This document shows, one piece after another, positions 10,701-17,324 of a DNA stretch of 37,468 bases (position 1 is the first letter of the stretch; each line of letters starts with the position of its first letter). The position numbers were made by a program, and so were the translations under genes. The stretch is from a virus (lineage: Duplodnaviria > Caudoviricetes). Under the pieces are notes generated by a model, which was given only the letters and a program-made list of their open reading frames with translations, did not search any database and was not told the origin of the DNA. The stretch is from positions 1-37,468 of IMG/VR virus record IMGVR_UViG_3300017774_002464. One strand, written 5' to 3'.

Positions 10701-11398
10701 TGCCCATCGATTTCCAGACCAAGTACGGCACGAGCGAGACGGTCGAGGTTAAAAAGCTATACCAAGCCGACGGCGTCGAGGTTGGATGTTCAACCGGCGT
10801 TGCTGTGAACCCAGGCGTTTACAACACGTTTGCGCCTGTTCAACCCGCAACCCCTACGCTTGGTAGCTACGCTTCGGCGTCAACGGCTGGCGCTCTGTAC
10901 GGCATGACCATCGACCCGGACGCGTGCGACGGCAGCGGGGACTGGCGCTTGGTTCATTCTCGGCGGGATGAACAGTTCAAGTGGTCTCTTATTCACGACG
11001 ATTTCCTAGAGGCTATACCGGAATCGTGGCGCGACATGATCGAGACGAACGGCCTTCTCCTTGGCACTCGCGAGACGCAAACCGGCTGGACGGTAGCAAC
11101 CTTTGTCTCGGCTGGCAATGGCACTGAGTGCAACCACCCTGCGCCAGACCCTGACTTTTGGAGCGGCGGAGGAGGGGAGGTCGTGCTGTTTTCGGAGCGG
11201 ACGGAGTACTCCATAGAATGCGCCTTACTCCCCTACAGCGAGCGGCTTGTTGCTCCATTGCCACCGCCAAGCGCCGTGGGCGTGGGGCGCGAGTTCAACG
11301 CGGGTACGCTGTACGATTGCCCAATTAACGCGGCGGGCTCCCTCACAGTCACACCGATTCCAGCCGATGCCCTAATCATTCGCGCCGACCTCGTGTGA
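7739..11398 (+). CDS. large tail-tip / fibre-like structural protein
   Basis: 1219-aa acidic T/G/S-rich ORF ending the tail operon; about 20 Cys. Confidence 0.65.
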   Translation: MVTFTRIPTVASGAPVTSTEMIALANGINDRINSGFGDATRRIHFYLSAPFRQIRNSSGTLFPPIDEFRAIYEHIPPNEYTWPLTGPGEEEGVNVSSIAGSFVFGNEVLNVASEDERLTNPEEGGVDLDFGTGSAFELWELAKRQRGAIDPDSLVVASPVFAAAQSHFSIIQSARSQHGNAYGGYIPTPEYLGACTNPAEDGTFEIIFTPLIDGLPTLTFEGFCESEPTHVATILRYPNDRYIVVQNNGTITQLDWAEYIEGPYQFGNRLTKTWGNNLNRILNFFSAEFSGTPTQKADEDTGASDWLSHAFTTQEFLTTQYHLAPQRGLQTGEYVQPLYPQWSATNSTTIPSGSVIGRTGASGTTFASTSGFVTCSVLVHSSQLLGSVVVAVKDGDTTLGTVTLDASTPSRVLTFAARSVTALQFVTSTNATFSASSATAGLFCEATELYNYKPALWDLSLLLRLCGARMSLVNGTDGSGLDEDQAKEIGDDYFANGVIVNRRLHIALPGSFAEINTNAVFDAARRMNRQWSRLVPRQQLIGYEVGADGKSVLYFRRNWAGMDSADVFDGIAPNKTPAESGQLQEGREYSVFDDVVTYKGQVYNVGETFTAEASDLTFSTTSGHVYEANGILPDALPRGWSNEWVMDVMSLIPYQTLETSNWKVDAFTDYVSWTFDRCTWQAPTPLPADLTWHFSYGNADWVAPESLPTFRYVGSDTTAGINYLPCAALDTACEEERRKKLRSCPIGELPLVVESTERLFENGEEVVKVKLNGRLQHGTDAPSTIDRDYTTWSLATIAAENESGRTAENGIREYIINQFVGGNCTGPGTQYGNAAHESTVASSLDVPFGACYPRIAFTRLIPKPYEDGNTGNDPHDTPLESWPFAMAETYARAMCEGYVDTVSTESYGCQTGTYAVLDYTFENACFSAFGGRSFGCIPSVTTAYATAADIRADKPLFHGPLPNTEPTAEVFNQFATFFNQLTAIRLILPIDFQTKYGTSETVEVKKLYQADGVEVGCSTGVAVNPGVYNTFAPVQPATPTLGSYASASTAGALYGMTIDPDACDGSGDWRLVHSRRDEQFKWSLIHDDFLEAIPESWRDMIETNGLLLGTRETQTGWTVATFVSAGNGTECNHPAPDPDFWSGGGGEVVLFSERTEYSIECALLPYSERLVAPLPPPSAVGVGREFNAGTLYDCPINAAGSLTVTPIPADALIIRADLV

Positions 11399-11426
11399 TT
11401 GGAAAACCTCCGCAGGATTCTAAACG

Positions 11427-11473
11427 CGTTGTTGTTGACGGTAGCCGTAAACGTGGCATTGTTTGCGCATGAA
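11427..11473 (+). repeat. promoter repeat copy 1 (46/47 identical to 12247-12293)
   Basis: cgttgttgTTGACGgtagccg(t/g)aaacgtggCATTGTttgcgcATGaa present twice. Confidence 0.95.
11435..11468 (+). promoter_or_regulatory. sigma70-like promoter P1, likely leaderless
   Basis: TTGACG-16 nt-(TGn)CATTGT-6 nt-ATG. Confidence 0.65.
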
Positions 11474-11729
11474 AGTTTACATCGTTCAGGAATACCGAAG
11501 AGATAATCAAAAGATGACCTACGTCTGCGCACGTCCCGGTTGGTATCGTTCAGCCAACGGGGAACAGATCAAAGACGGATCCAAAGGTGGTCCGGAGCAC
11601 ACTTACAATCGAGAGCACGCCCTAGAATTCGAGTCACACAGGAGCGCGGCTAGAGTTGCAAACCTGTGCCCCGGCTCTGAAGTGGTCGAGGTTGAAAAAT
11701 CTTCCATGCCCCCAGTTCTTCACCCTTAA
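11469..11729 (+). CDS. cassette cargo protein 1 (hypothetical)
   Basis: 86 aa MKVYIVQEY..., bounded by repeated promoter and repeated terminator. Confidence 0.75.
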   Translation: MKVYIVQEYRRDNQKMTYVCARPGWYRSANGEQIKDGSKGGPEHTYNREHALEFESHRSAARVANLCPGSEVVEVEKSSMPPVLHP

Positions 11730-11743
11730 CAAAAGCACACACC

Positions 11744-12021
11744 CCTTGACACCGCCCCTTTCTGGGGGCTTTTTTGTTTGTGCAGTACCTCTTCAAAATC
11801 ACATCGCACTTGCGCGGGATCGCCCGCAGGACGACGCGGACGGAGATCCAGGCGCCAGCACACCGGCAGGCGATTTGCGAGGCTTGCGAGTGGTACCAAG
11901 CCAGCGTCCAGCGGTGCGTGCGGCCGAACGATAAGGCGTGGTCGGTCTGCTACCGGTCCAACGCTAGGGTGCGCCCGTGGCTAGGGATCCGCGCTTGCGC
12001 GAAGTGGCTTGGGAAAAGCGG
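11744..12021 (+). repeat. long diverged direct repeat copy 1 (terminator + Cys-rich gene)
   Basis: Aligns with 12530-12808. Confidence 0.95.
11754..11775 (+). terminator. intrinsic terminator overlapping a TTGACA promoter-like element
   Basis: GCCCCT-ttct-GGGGGC-TTTTTT, preceded by TTGACA at 11746. Confidence 0.7.
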
Positions 12022-12043
12022 GGTTGACCTACCCACCCCTTGA
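11780..12043 (+). CDS. small Cys-rich protein, copy 1 (DUF6171-like pattern)
   Basis: GTG start; R.AICxxC...RC...C...C.KW; mostly synonymous divergence from copy 2 supports this frame. Confidence 0.8.
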   Translation: MQYLFKITSHLRGIARRTTRTEIQAPAHRQAICEACEWYQASVQRCVRPNDKAWSVCYRSNARVRPWLGIRACAKWLGKSGVDLPTP

Positions 12044-12090
12044 CCTAGGTCATGCCACAGTTGGCCTATTGACATCTGCGGCACATGCGG

Positions 12091-12128
12091 CACGGGGAGG
12101 GTAAACCCATGAAACCCGCCCCGTTTTT
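12091..12128 (+). terminator. intrinsic terminator
   Basis: CGGGGaGGGT...ACCCgCCCCG followed by TTTTTT. Confidence 0.6.
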
Positions 12129-12217
12129 TGGATATTCACAAGCTCCACGCCGCAAGCTGTAAAGTGTTGCTTTACAACTGGCTTTAACTGGGACGTGAAA
12201 CACGTCTCACTTCCCAG

Positions 12218-12293
12218 TTGGAATCATGCCAGCCTTTTTCCAATCACGTTGTTGTTGACGGTAGCCGGAAACGTGGCATTGTTTGCGCATGAA
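12218..12293 (+). promoter_or_regulatory. promoter P2 with upstream TTGGAA..TTCCAA inverted repeat, likely leaderless
   Basis: TTGACG 12255, CATTGT 12277, ATG 12289; 12218-12260 matches 12882-12924 at 40/43. Confidence 0.65.
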
Positions 12294-12516
12294 CAACGAA
12301 TATAAACCACTCGACGCGATCCAAATCACCATCATGTACGTCCGCGCAATGGGGCCGGTTAGTAGGGATGGAATTGTGCGCGAACTGCTTACGCAGTGCA
12401 TTGGTGTGAACGACCGCAAAATGGCTGAGTCTGAGGCGGATCGTGCGATTCGGCACGGGCTAAGCACTGGATGGATGGAGGAAGACGGAGAGGATTATTA
12501 CGATATGGCGCGCTAA
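12289..12516 (+). CDS. cassette cargo protein 2 (hypothetical, possibly winged-helix-like)
   Basis: 75 aa MNNEYKPLD..., unrelated to cargo 1 but with the same flanks. Confidence 0.75.
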   Translation: MNNEYKPLDAIQITIMYVRAMGPVSRDGIVRELLTQCIGVNDRKMAESEADRAIRHGLSTGWMEEDGEDYYDMAR

Positions 12517-12529
12517 GAAAAAGCAACCA

Positions 12530-12808
12530 CCTTGACACCGCCCCCGATCTGGGGGCTTTTTGCTTTGTGCAGTACCTCTTCAAAATCACGAGCCATTTGC
12601 GCGGAATCGCCCGCAGGAGCGTCCGCACGGAGATCCAGACCCCAGCGCACCGACAAGCGATTTGCGAGGCTTGCGAGTGGTATCAGAGCGCAGTCCAGCG
12701 TTGCACCCGGCCAAACGACAAGCGGTGGAGTGTCTGCTACCGATCCAACGCCAGGGTGCGCCCGTGGCTCGGGATCAGGGCTTGCGCGAAGTGGCTTGGG
12801 AAAAGCGG
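12530..12808 (+). repeat. long diverged direct repeat copy 2
   Basis: Aligns with 11744-12021. Confidence 0.95.
12540..12561 (+). terminator. intrinsic terminator overlapping a TTGACA promoter-like element
   Basis: GCCCCC-gatct-GGGGGC-TTTTT, TTGACA at 12532. Confidence 0.7.
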
Positions 12809-12815
12809 ACGCTAG
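12567..12815 (+). CDS. small Cys-rich protein, copy 2
   Basis: 74/81 aa identical to copy 1 (hand count). Confidence 0.8.
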   Translation: MQYLFKITSHLRGIARRSVRTEIQTPAHRQAICEACEWYQSAVQRCTRPNDKRWSVCYRSNARVRPWLGIRACAKWLGKSGR

Positions 12816-12879
12816 GCCGTAGCGGCACACCGCGCCATGGGCCAACCCTAGGCACAGTTGGCCCATTGACGATTCACCC

Positions 12880-12946
12880 GATTGGAATCAGACCAGCCTT
12901 TTTCCAATCTCGTTGTTGTTGACGTTTTGAATGGGTGTGGCATTGT
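12880..12946 (+). promoter_or_regulatory. promoter P3 of the early operon
   Basis: GATTGGAA..TTCCAATC inverted repeat, then TTGACG(12919)-16 nt-TGGCATTGT; A-rich leader to ATG 12984. Confidence 0.65.
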
Positions 12947-12983
12947 GTCCACGTAACGAGCGAAACAACGAACCGAAAACGAT

Positions 12984-13214
12984 ATGAACCTTGAAGCTGT
13001 AATCATCGAAGCGCGAAACCAACTTGGCGGAAACATGGAGAGCAGTGCGCGTCTCTGCTTGACTGACGCGATCCGCCACAAAGACGAAGGGGATTGGGAT
13101 ATGGCCGCAAGCCGCGCTTTAAAGTCAATTGCCTACTCCGTCGGAATCATGCATCCAGCGTATTCCAAAGCGTGGAAGATGGTTCACGGAGAAACCAAAG
13201 TTGGAACGTGGTAA
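12984..13214 (+). CDS. hypothetical early protein
   Basis: 76 aa after P3; SSARLCL.DA...ALKS.AYSVG..HP.Y. Confidence 0.75.
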   Translation: MNLEAVIIEARNQLGGNMESSARLCLTDAIRHKDEGDWDMAASRALKSIAYSVGIMHPAYSKAWKMVHGETKVGTW

Positions 13215-13286
13215 TTGCCCCCGCTCCTTCCTCTTCCGATGGGAGGGGAATGGGCGGTGGTTAAACTTGTGAACCAAAGGAGAAAA

Positions 13287-13475
13287 ATGAAGACGGCATC
13301 AATCGGAATTCGTAAATGGGCTGGAGAAATGGCAATTCGCTGGCTTGGTTCAGTTGGGGGCGGCGACGCCAAAGTTACCGCTTGGATTCGCCAAGATGGG
13401 GATGTGGCTCTGGAAACCAATGGAGACCCCGTATTTGGAGAAGAGGCTAAGCAATGGTGCCGCGAGAACTTCTGA
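13287..13475 (+). CDS. hypothetical early protein
   Basis: AAGGAG SD then ATG 13287 (MKTASIGIRK). Confidence 0.65.
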   Translation: MKTASIGIRKWAGEMAIRWLGSVGGGDAKVTAWIRQDGDVALETNGDPVFGEEAKQWCRENF

Positions 13476-13515
13476 TCCGCTGGGCGGTGAGCAACCAAAA
13501 CGAAATGGCGACACG

Positions 13516-13734
13516 ATGAAAACCAGAACCTACCACATCTCTACCCTCGGCAGATTTGCGCCTCGCGGATGCGCAGGGCAGGACGGTTACGTGATTTACC
13601 ACGACTCACCACGCTACAAGACGGCCACGGTCGACAGGTTGCTATTTTGGGTGGAGAGTAAAGCCAAGCCAGTGCGAAACGCTGCCAAAACGGAGATCGC
13701 CGAGCGGGCGCTGAATATCTGGCGCAACAAGTAA
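13516..13734 (+). CDS. hypothetical early protein
   Basis: MKTRTYHIS..., fits operon packing. Confidence 0.6.
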   Translation: MKTRTYHISTLGRFAPRGCAGQDGYVIYHDSPRYKTATVDRLLFWVESKAKPVRNAAKTEIAERALNIWRNK

Positions 13735-13739
13735 TCCCA

Positions 13740-13901
13740 ATGACCCGACAACAAAAATGGGCCGAAGCGCAGGCTCGAAAAGGCAAGTGCCGGACCTGCG
13801 CCCGGCCGCTGAAAACCAAACACCACTGTGCCCAATGCGCGGCGAAGCACTCGAAGCGAAGCGCGGCATGGGCCAGAAAACGACGGGAGAAAAAAGCATG
13901 A
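13740..13901 (+). CDS. small basic Zn-finger-like protein (not in ORF track)
   Basis: 53 aa MTRQQKWAEAQARKGKCRTC...HCAQC...; ATGA overlap with next gene. Confidence 0.7.
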   Translation: MTRQQKWAEAQARKGKCRTCARPLKTKHHCAQCAAKHSKRSAAWARKRREKKA

Positions 13902-14095
13902 ACGCTAACCAGATCAACAAGCACATTAAGCAGTTTGGCGTGAAAATATGCCGTGGAGAAGGGTATTACTACTGGCTCGACCTGATCGGTGATTACGCAA
14001 TTGCAAACGTGTCTTCAGTGTACGTATACAGAGCCAGACAGCTACCACTAGAGAGGTGGGTCGAACTCGCCAAAGAGGCCGCAACGTGCCGATAA
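13898..14095 (+). CDS. hypothetical protein
   Basis: MNANQINKHIKQFG..., coupled start. Confidence 0.65.
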   Translation: MNANQINKHIKQFGVKICRGEGYYYWLDLIGDYAIANVSSVYVYRARQLPLERWVELAKEAATCR

Positions 14096-14106
14096 AGGAC
14101 CGAAAT

Positions 14107-14640
14107 ATGATATTTTCAAGACATTGGGCGATGCCATCAGGAGATACTTTCGACGTCCCTCCTATAAGGGATTTTGTTCAAAAGTATCTATTGAAATCCC
14201 GCGTTTCGGTTGACCCGTTCGCACGCAACAAGACGTGGGCAACTCACACAAACGATCTCAACCCAGAGACGAAAGCACTACACCACATGGACGCACAGGC
14301 GTTTCTTGAGCAACTGGCGAGTTGTGCCGTAAAGGCTGATCTTGTTATTTTCGACCCTCCGTACAGTCCTCGACAGATAAGCGAATGCTACAGAGGGATC
14401 GGGCTCGAAGTGGGCATGAAAGAAACACAATCAGCCGCACTGTACAAGCGGGTTCGGGCCGCGATAACGCCGATATGCACCGACGATGCAATCGTTTTGT
14501 CGTTTGGCTGGAACAGCGTAGGCATGGGGGTCAAGCGCGGATTCAAGCTGGTTGAGTTGATGCTGTGCTGCCATGGCGGCGCGCACAACGACACGATTTG
14601 CATCGCAGAGCAGCGCGATCAAAAGGTTTTCAACATTTAA
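14107..14640 (+). CDS. phage DNA adenine methyltransferase
   Basis: VDPFA (motif I-like) and FDPPYS catalytic motif; WAMP..TF..PI start and HGGAHNDTI. Confidence 0.8.
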   Translation: MIFSRHWAMPSGDTFDVPPIRDFVQKYLLKSRVSVDPFARNKTWATHTNDLNPETKALHHMDAQAFLEQLASCAVKADLVIFDPPYSPRQISECYRGIGLEVGMKETQSAALYKRVRAAITPICTDDAIVLSFGWNSVGMGVKRGFKLVELMLCCHGGAHNDTICIAEQRDQKVFNI

Positions 14641-14652
14641 AACAAATTGTCA

Positions 14653-14681
14653 TTGACGCTCAAACCGACGGAGCGTAAACA
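14653..14681 (+). promoter_or_regulatory. possible promoter
   Basis: TTGACG-17 nt-TAAACA in intergenic gap, A-rich leader. Confidence 0.4.
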
Positions 14682-14696
14682 ACAAGCAAGCAAGCG

Positions 14697-14903
14697 ATGA
14701 AATTCCAGTACTCACAATTGAACGAGGCGCAACGTGTCGAGGCGCGGAATCGAATCGCTTGGGTTTTCGACCTCATTGCGCGAGACACTGGAAAAGTGTG
14801 CATGGACACAAGCGACGAGATCGCGCCGAGGTGCCGATACAAAATGTCGCACGGGCACATTTGGGGCATCGAATTGCCAAAGGATTTGGTTTGGTTCAAA
14901 TGA
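14697..14903 (+). CDS. hypothetical protein
   Basis: 68 aa after putative promoter. Confidence 0.55.
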   Translation: MKFQYSQLNEAQRVEARNRIAWVFDLIARDTGKVCMDTSDEIAPRCRYKMSHGHIWGIELPKDLVWFK

Positions 14904-14918
14904 CGGTACGAAAAGCAT

Positions 14919-15119
14919 ATGGACACATTTATCATGATCATGGCGGCCTTCGGGGCCACACTCCTACCCGCGACACTTATCGTTGTGTGTGCGGTCACGA
15001 GTGACAACTATCAACGCGAATGGATCCGCCGAAACTACGGCGACCGCGAGTGGATCGACGACGAAACCAAGCGAGAGAAAAACGCGAAACTTCTCGAAGT
15101 CGGCGGAACCATCAAGTAA
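14919..15119 (+). CDS. small membrane protein
   Basis: N-terminal TM (FIMIMAAFGATLLPATLIVV), charged tail. Confidence 0.6.
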   Translation: MDTFIMIMAAFGATLLPATLIVVCAVTSDNYQREWIRRNYGDREWIDDETKREKNAKLLEVGGTIK

Positions 15120-15131
15120 CTTTCCCCATAA

Positions 15132-15237
15132 CCCCTCTTGGTCGTCACTGGCGACGGTAATCATCCTTGGCGCTTCGGCGCTTGCCAGATAATCCCCGCA
15201 GTAATCCACAAGCAAAATCCAGGAGGGGCTTCTTTTT
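15132..15237 (+). ncRNA. candidate structured RNA / attenuator
   Basis: 10-bp closing stem CCCCTCTTGG/CCAGGAGGGG, inner CTGGCGA/TTGCCAG, cTTCGg hairpin, T tract. Confidence 0.5.
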
Positions 15238-15252
15238 GAAAGCAATTAAACC

Positions 15253-15399
15253 ATGAATTACACAAGAAACAAAAACAGCGTAAACACTCTCCCGGTGCTT
15301 TACGGAACACCGCCGCAACACATCAAGGGCGACTTCATCCAACAAAAGCCTATTCCGAAACGGCCAGACCGTGCGTCGTACATCCGAAGAAAAAAGTAG
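15253..15399 (+). CDS. small basic hypothetical protein (not in ORF track)
   Basis: 48 aa MNYTRNKNSV...RRKK filling the gap before recT. Confidence 0.45.
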   Translation: MNYTRNKNSVNTLPVLYGTPPQHIKGDFIQQKPIPKRPDRASYIRRKK

Positions 15400-15417
15400 C
15401 GTCAACCAATCAACTAT

Positions 15418-16434
15418 ATGAGCGAACAAAAAGCAGTCACAACAACATCCAAGGCCGCTCTCCCAATGACGGCGCGTGGAGTATCAATCGACAGCATGGA
15501 GAGCCTATTCCGGTTCGCCGATGCTGTGTTCCAGAGCGGGCTTGCCCCGACTTCATTGAAGAACCCTCAGGCGATTATGATCGCCATTGAAATGGGTTTG
15601 GAGGTTGGACTCCCCCCTATGGCGGCGCTTCAGAATATAGCGGTTGTCAACGGACGGCCGACGATTTGGGGTGATGCTCAACTCGGCATTGTGCGGTCAA
15701 CCGGCGAGCTGGAAGAGTTTGCCGAGTGGTACGAGGTGGCGGGGGCCAAGACCAGCCGGAACCCCACGCAATTCACCGACGACGTGACAGCGGTGTGCCG
15801 CGTTAAGCGCATTGGATTCGACGCGATGGAGTGCGCGTTCAGCGTGGCCGACGCCAAGCGTGCGGCATTGTGGGGCAAGGCAGGCCCTTGGACACAATAC
15901 CCTGCTCGAATGCTCAGGTATCGCGCTCGCTCTTTTGCTCTCCGCGACAACTTTGGCGATGCGTTGCGCGGATTGCTGACCACCGAGGAGGTGCGCGATT
16001 CTGGCGACATTATCGACGTCACTCCTGCCGCGCCCGCTGGCCCGGTGTTCAAAAAGCGCAAGCCAGCCGAGGCCGCGCCGGAGCCGGAAACGCCGAAGGC
16101 TGATCCAGTGGTCGAGGTCGTGGCAACCGAAGTAGCAAAGCAGGCTGCGGAAGTGGTTGCAAACGTCGAGCAATTGCTCACCACCGAGCCGCAGGTTGCC
16201 CTTTCCGAAGCGCAGTCCGCACTGGCTAAGATCGTCACCGAAGCTGGCGGCAACTTCGATTCATTCATCCGCGCTTGCGTGAGCCAAGACCCGCCGTGGA
16301 TGTCCTCCGCCGACGCGATGACCTACAGCGGTTTTGAGTCGATCCCGGACGCCGTGTGCGCCAAATTCATCGGCGCGAAGCGCGGCGTTGCAACGGCGGT
16401 CAAACGCGAGGCCGAGAAACTCGCCACAGCATAA
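15418..16434 (+). CDS. recT: RecT-like single-strand annealing protein
   Basis: GLEVGLPPMAALQNIAVVNGRPTIWGDA, FSVADAKRAALWGKAGPWTQYPARMLRYRARSFALRD.F.DAL.G. Confidence 0.85.
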   Translation: MSEQKAVTTTSKAALPMTARGVSIDSMESLFRFADAVFQSGLAPTSLKNPQAIMIAIEMGLEVGLPPMAALQNIAVVNGRPTIWGDAQLGIVRSTGELEEFAEWYEVAGAKTSRNPTQFTDDVTAVCRVKRIGFDAMECAFSVADAKRAALWGKAGPWTQYPARMLRYRARSFALRDNFGDALRGLLTTEEVRDSGDIIDVTPAAPAGPVFKKRKPAEAAPEPETPKADPVVEVVATEVAKQAAEVVANVEQLLTTEPQVALSEAQSALAKIVTEAGGNFDSFIRACVSQDPPWMSSADAMTYSGFESIPDAVCAKFIGAKRGVATAVKREAEKLATA

Positions 16435-16439
16435 CACTT

Positions 16440-16600
16440 TTGTCCCGTGGGCGCGCTTCCTTGTCACTCGTTCAAAATCAGCAGGAGAGGCACACCGGCG
16501 ACTGTTTCGCAACACGGGACGATTTAACTTCGGGATAGACGATGCGCTTGTGGATTGATCCACGTGGCTATTCGGAACCAACCGGTGAAATCCCCGACCA
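16440..16600 (+). ncRNA. candidate structured intergenic RNA (two domains)
   Basis: GTCCCGTG/CACGGGAC closing stem; second domain with GTGGA-ttga-TCCAC, ending ATCCCCGA-CCA. Confidence 0.4.
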
Positions 16601-16631
16601 ACTTTCAATCAGCATAACAACAAGCAAACAT

Positions 16632-16977
16632 ATGAACATTACAATTGCAGAGATCGCGGAACTGGTTAAGGCGTTCGGAATCAATCAACCGGCGCAAACA
16701 ATTACACAGCCGCACCCAATGCTTGGGAAGCGGTGCCTTATTAGGACCTATAGCGCTGGCGTTCACATCGGGGACGTTGCGTGGGTCAATCCAAACAACT
16801 CGATGGAGGTAAAACTCGAAAACTCGCTTCGCCTTTGGTCGTGGGAAAAAGGAGGGCTTAGCCTCAGTGACATCGCCAACAAGGGCGTTGTCAAAGCGCG
16901 ATTGAATCGCACTGGCGAGGTGTTTTTAACGAACGCTATCGAGTACATCCAAACCACCACTGAAGCAGAGGCGACCT

Positions 16978-16997
<20 letters not shown>
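16632..16997 (+). CDS. DUF6948-like phage protein
   Basis: GKRCLIRTYSAGVHIG...V.L.NS.RLW.W..G.LSLS.IA..G. Confidence 0.7.
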
Positions 16998-17319
<322 letters not shown>

Positions 17320-17324
17320 CTTCT

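Noticed and set aside
11744-12808. Diverged repeat pair as DGR template/variable repeat
   Set aside because: Differences are not adenine-specific, are mostly synonymous, and no reverse transcriptase is present
11427-12946. Repeats as a CRISPR array or true integron attC array
   Set aside because: Only 2-3 copies spaced 660-820 bp apart with promoter structure; no cas or integrase gene, no attC-type boxes recognised
16530-16600. tRNA gene (ends in CCA, GGTGAAATCC resembles a T arm)
   Set aside because: No proper cloverleaf: acceptor/T-arm spacing is wrong and there is no TTC loop or anticodon arm
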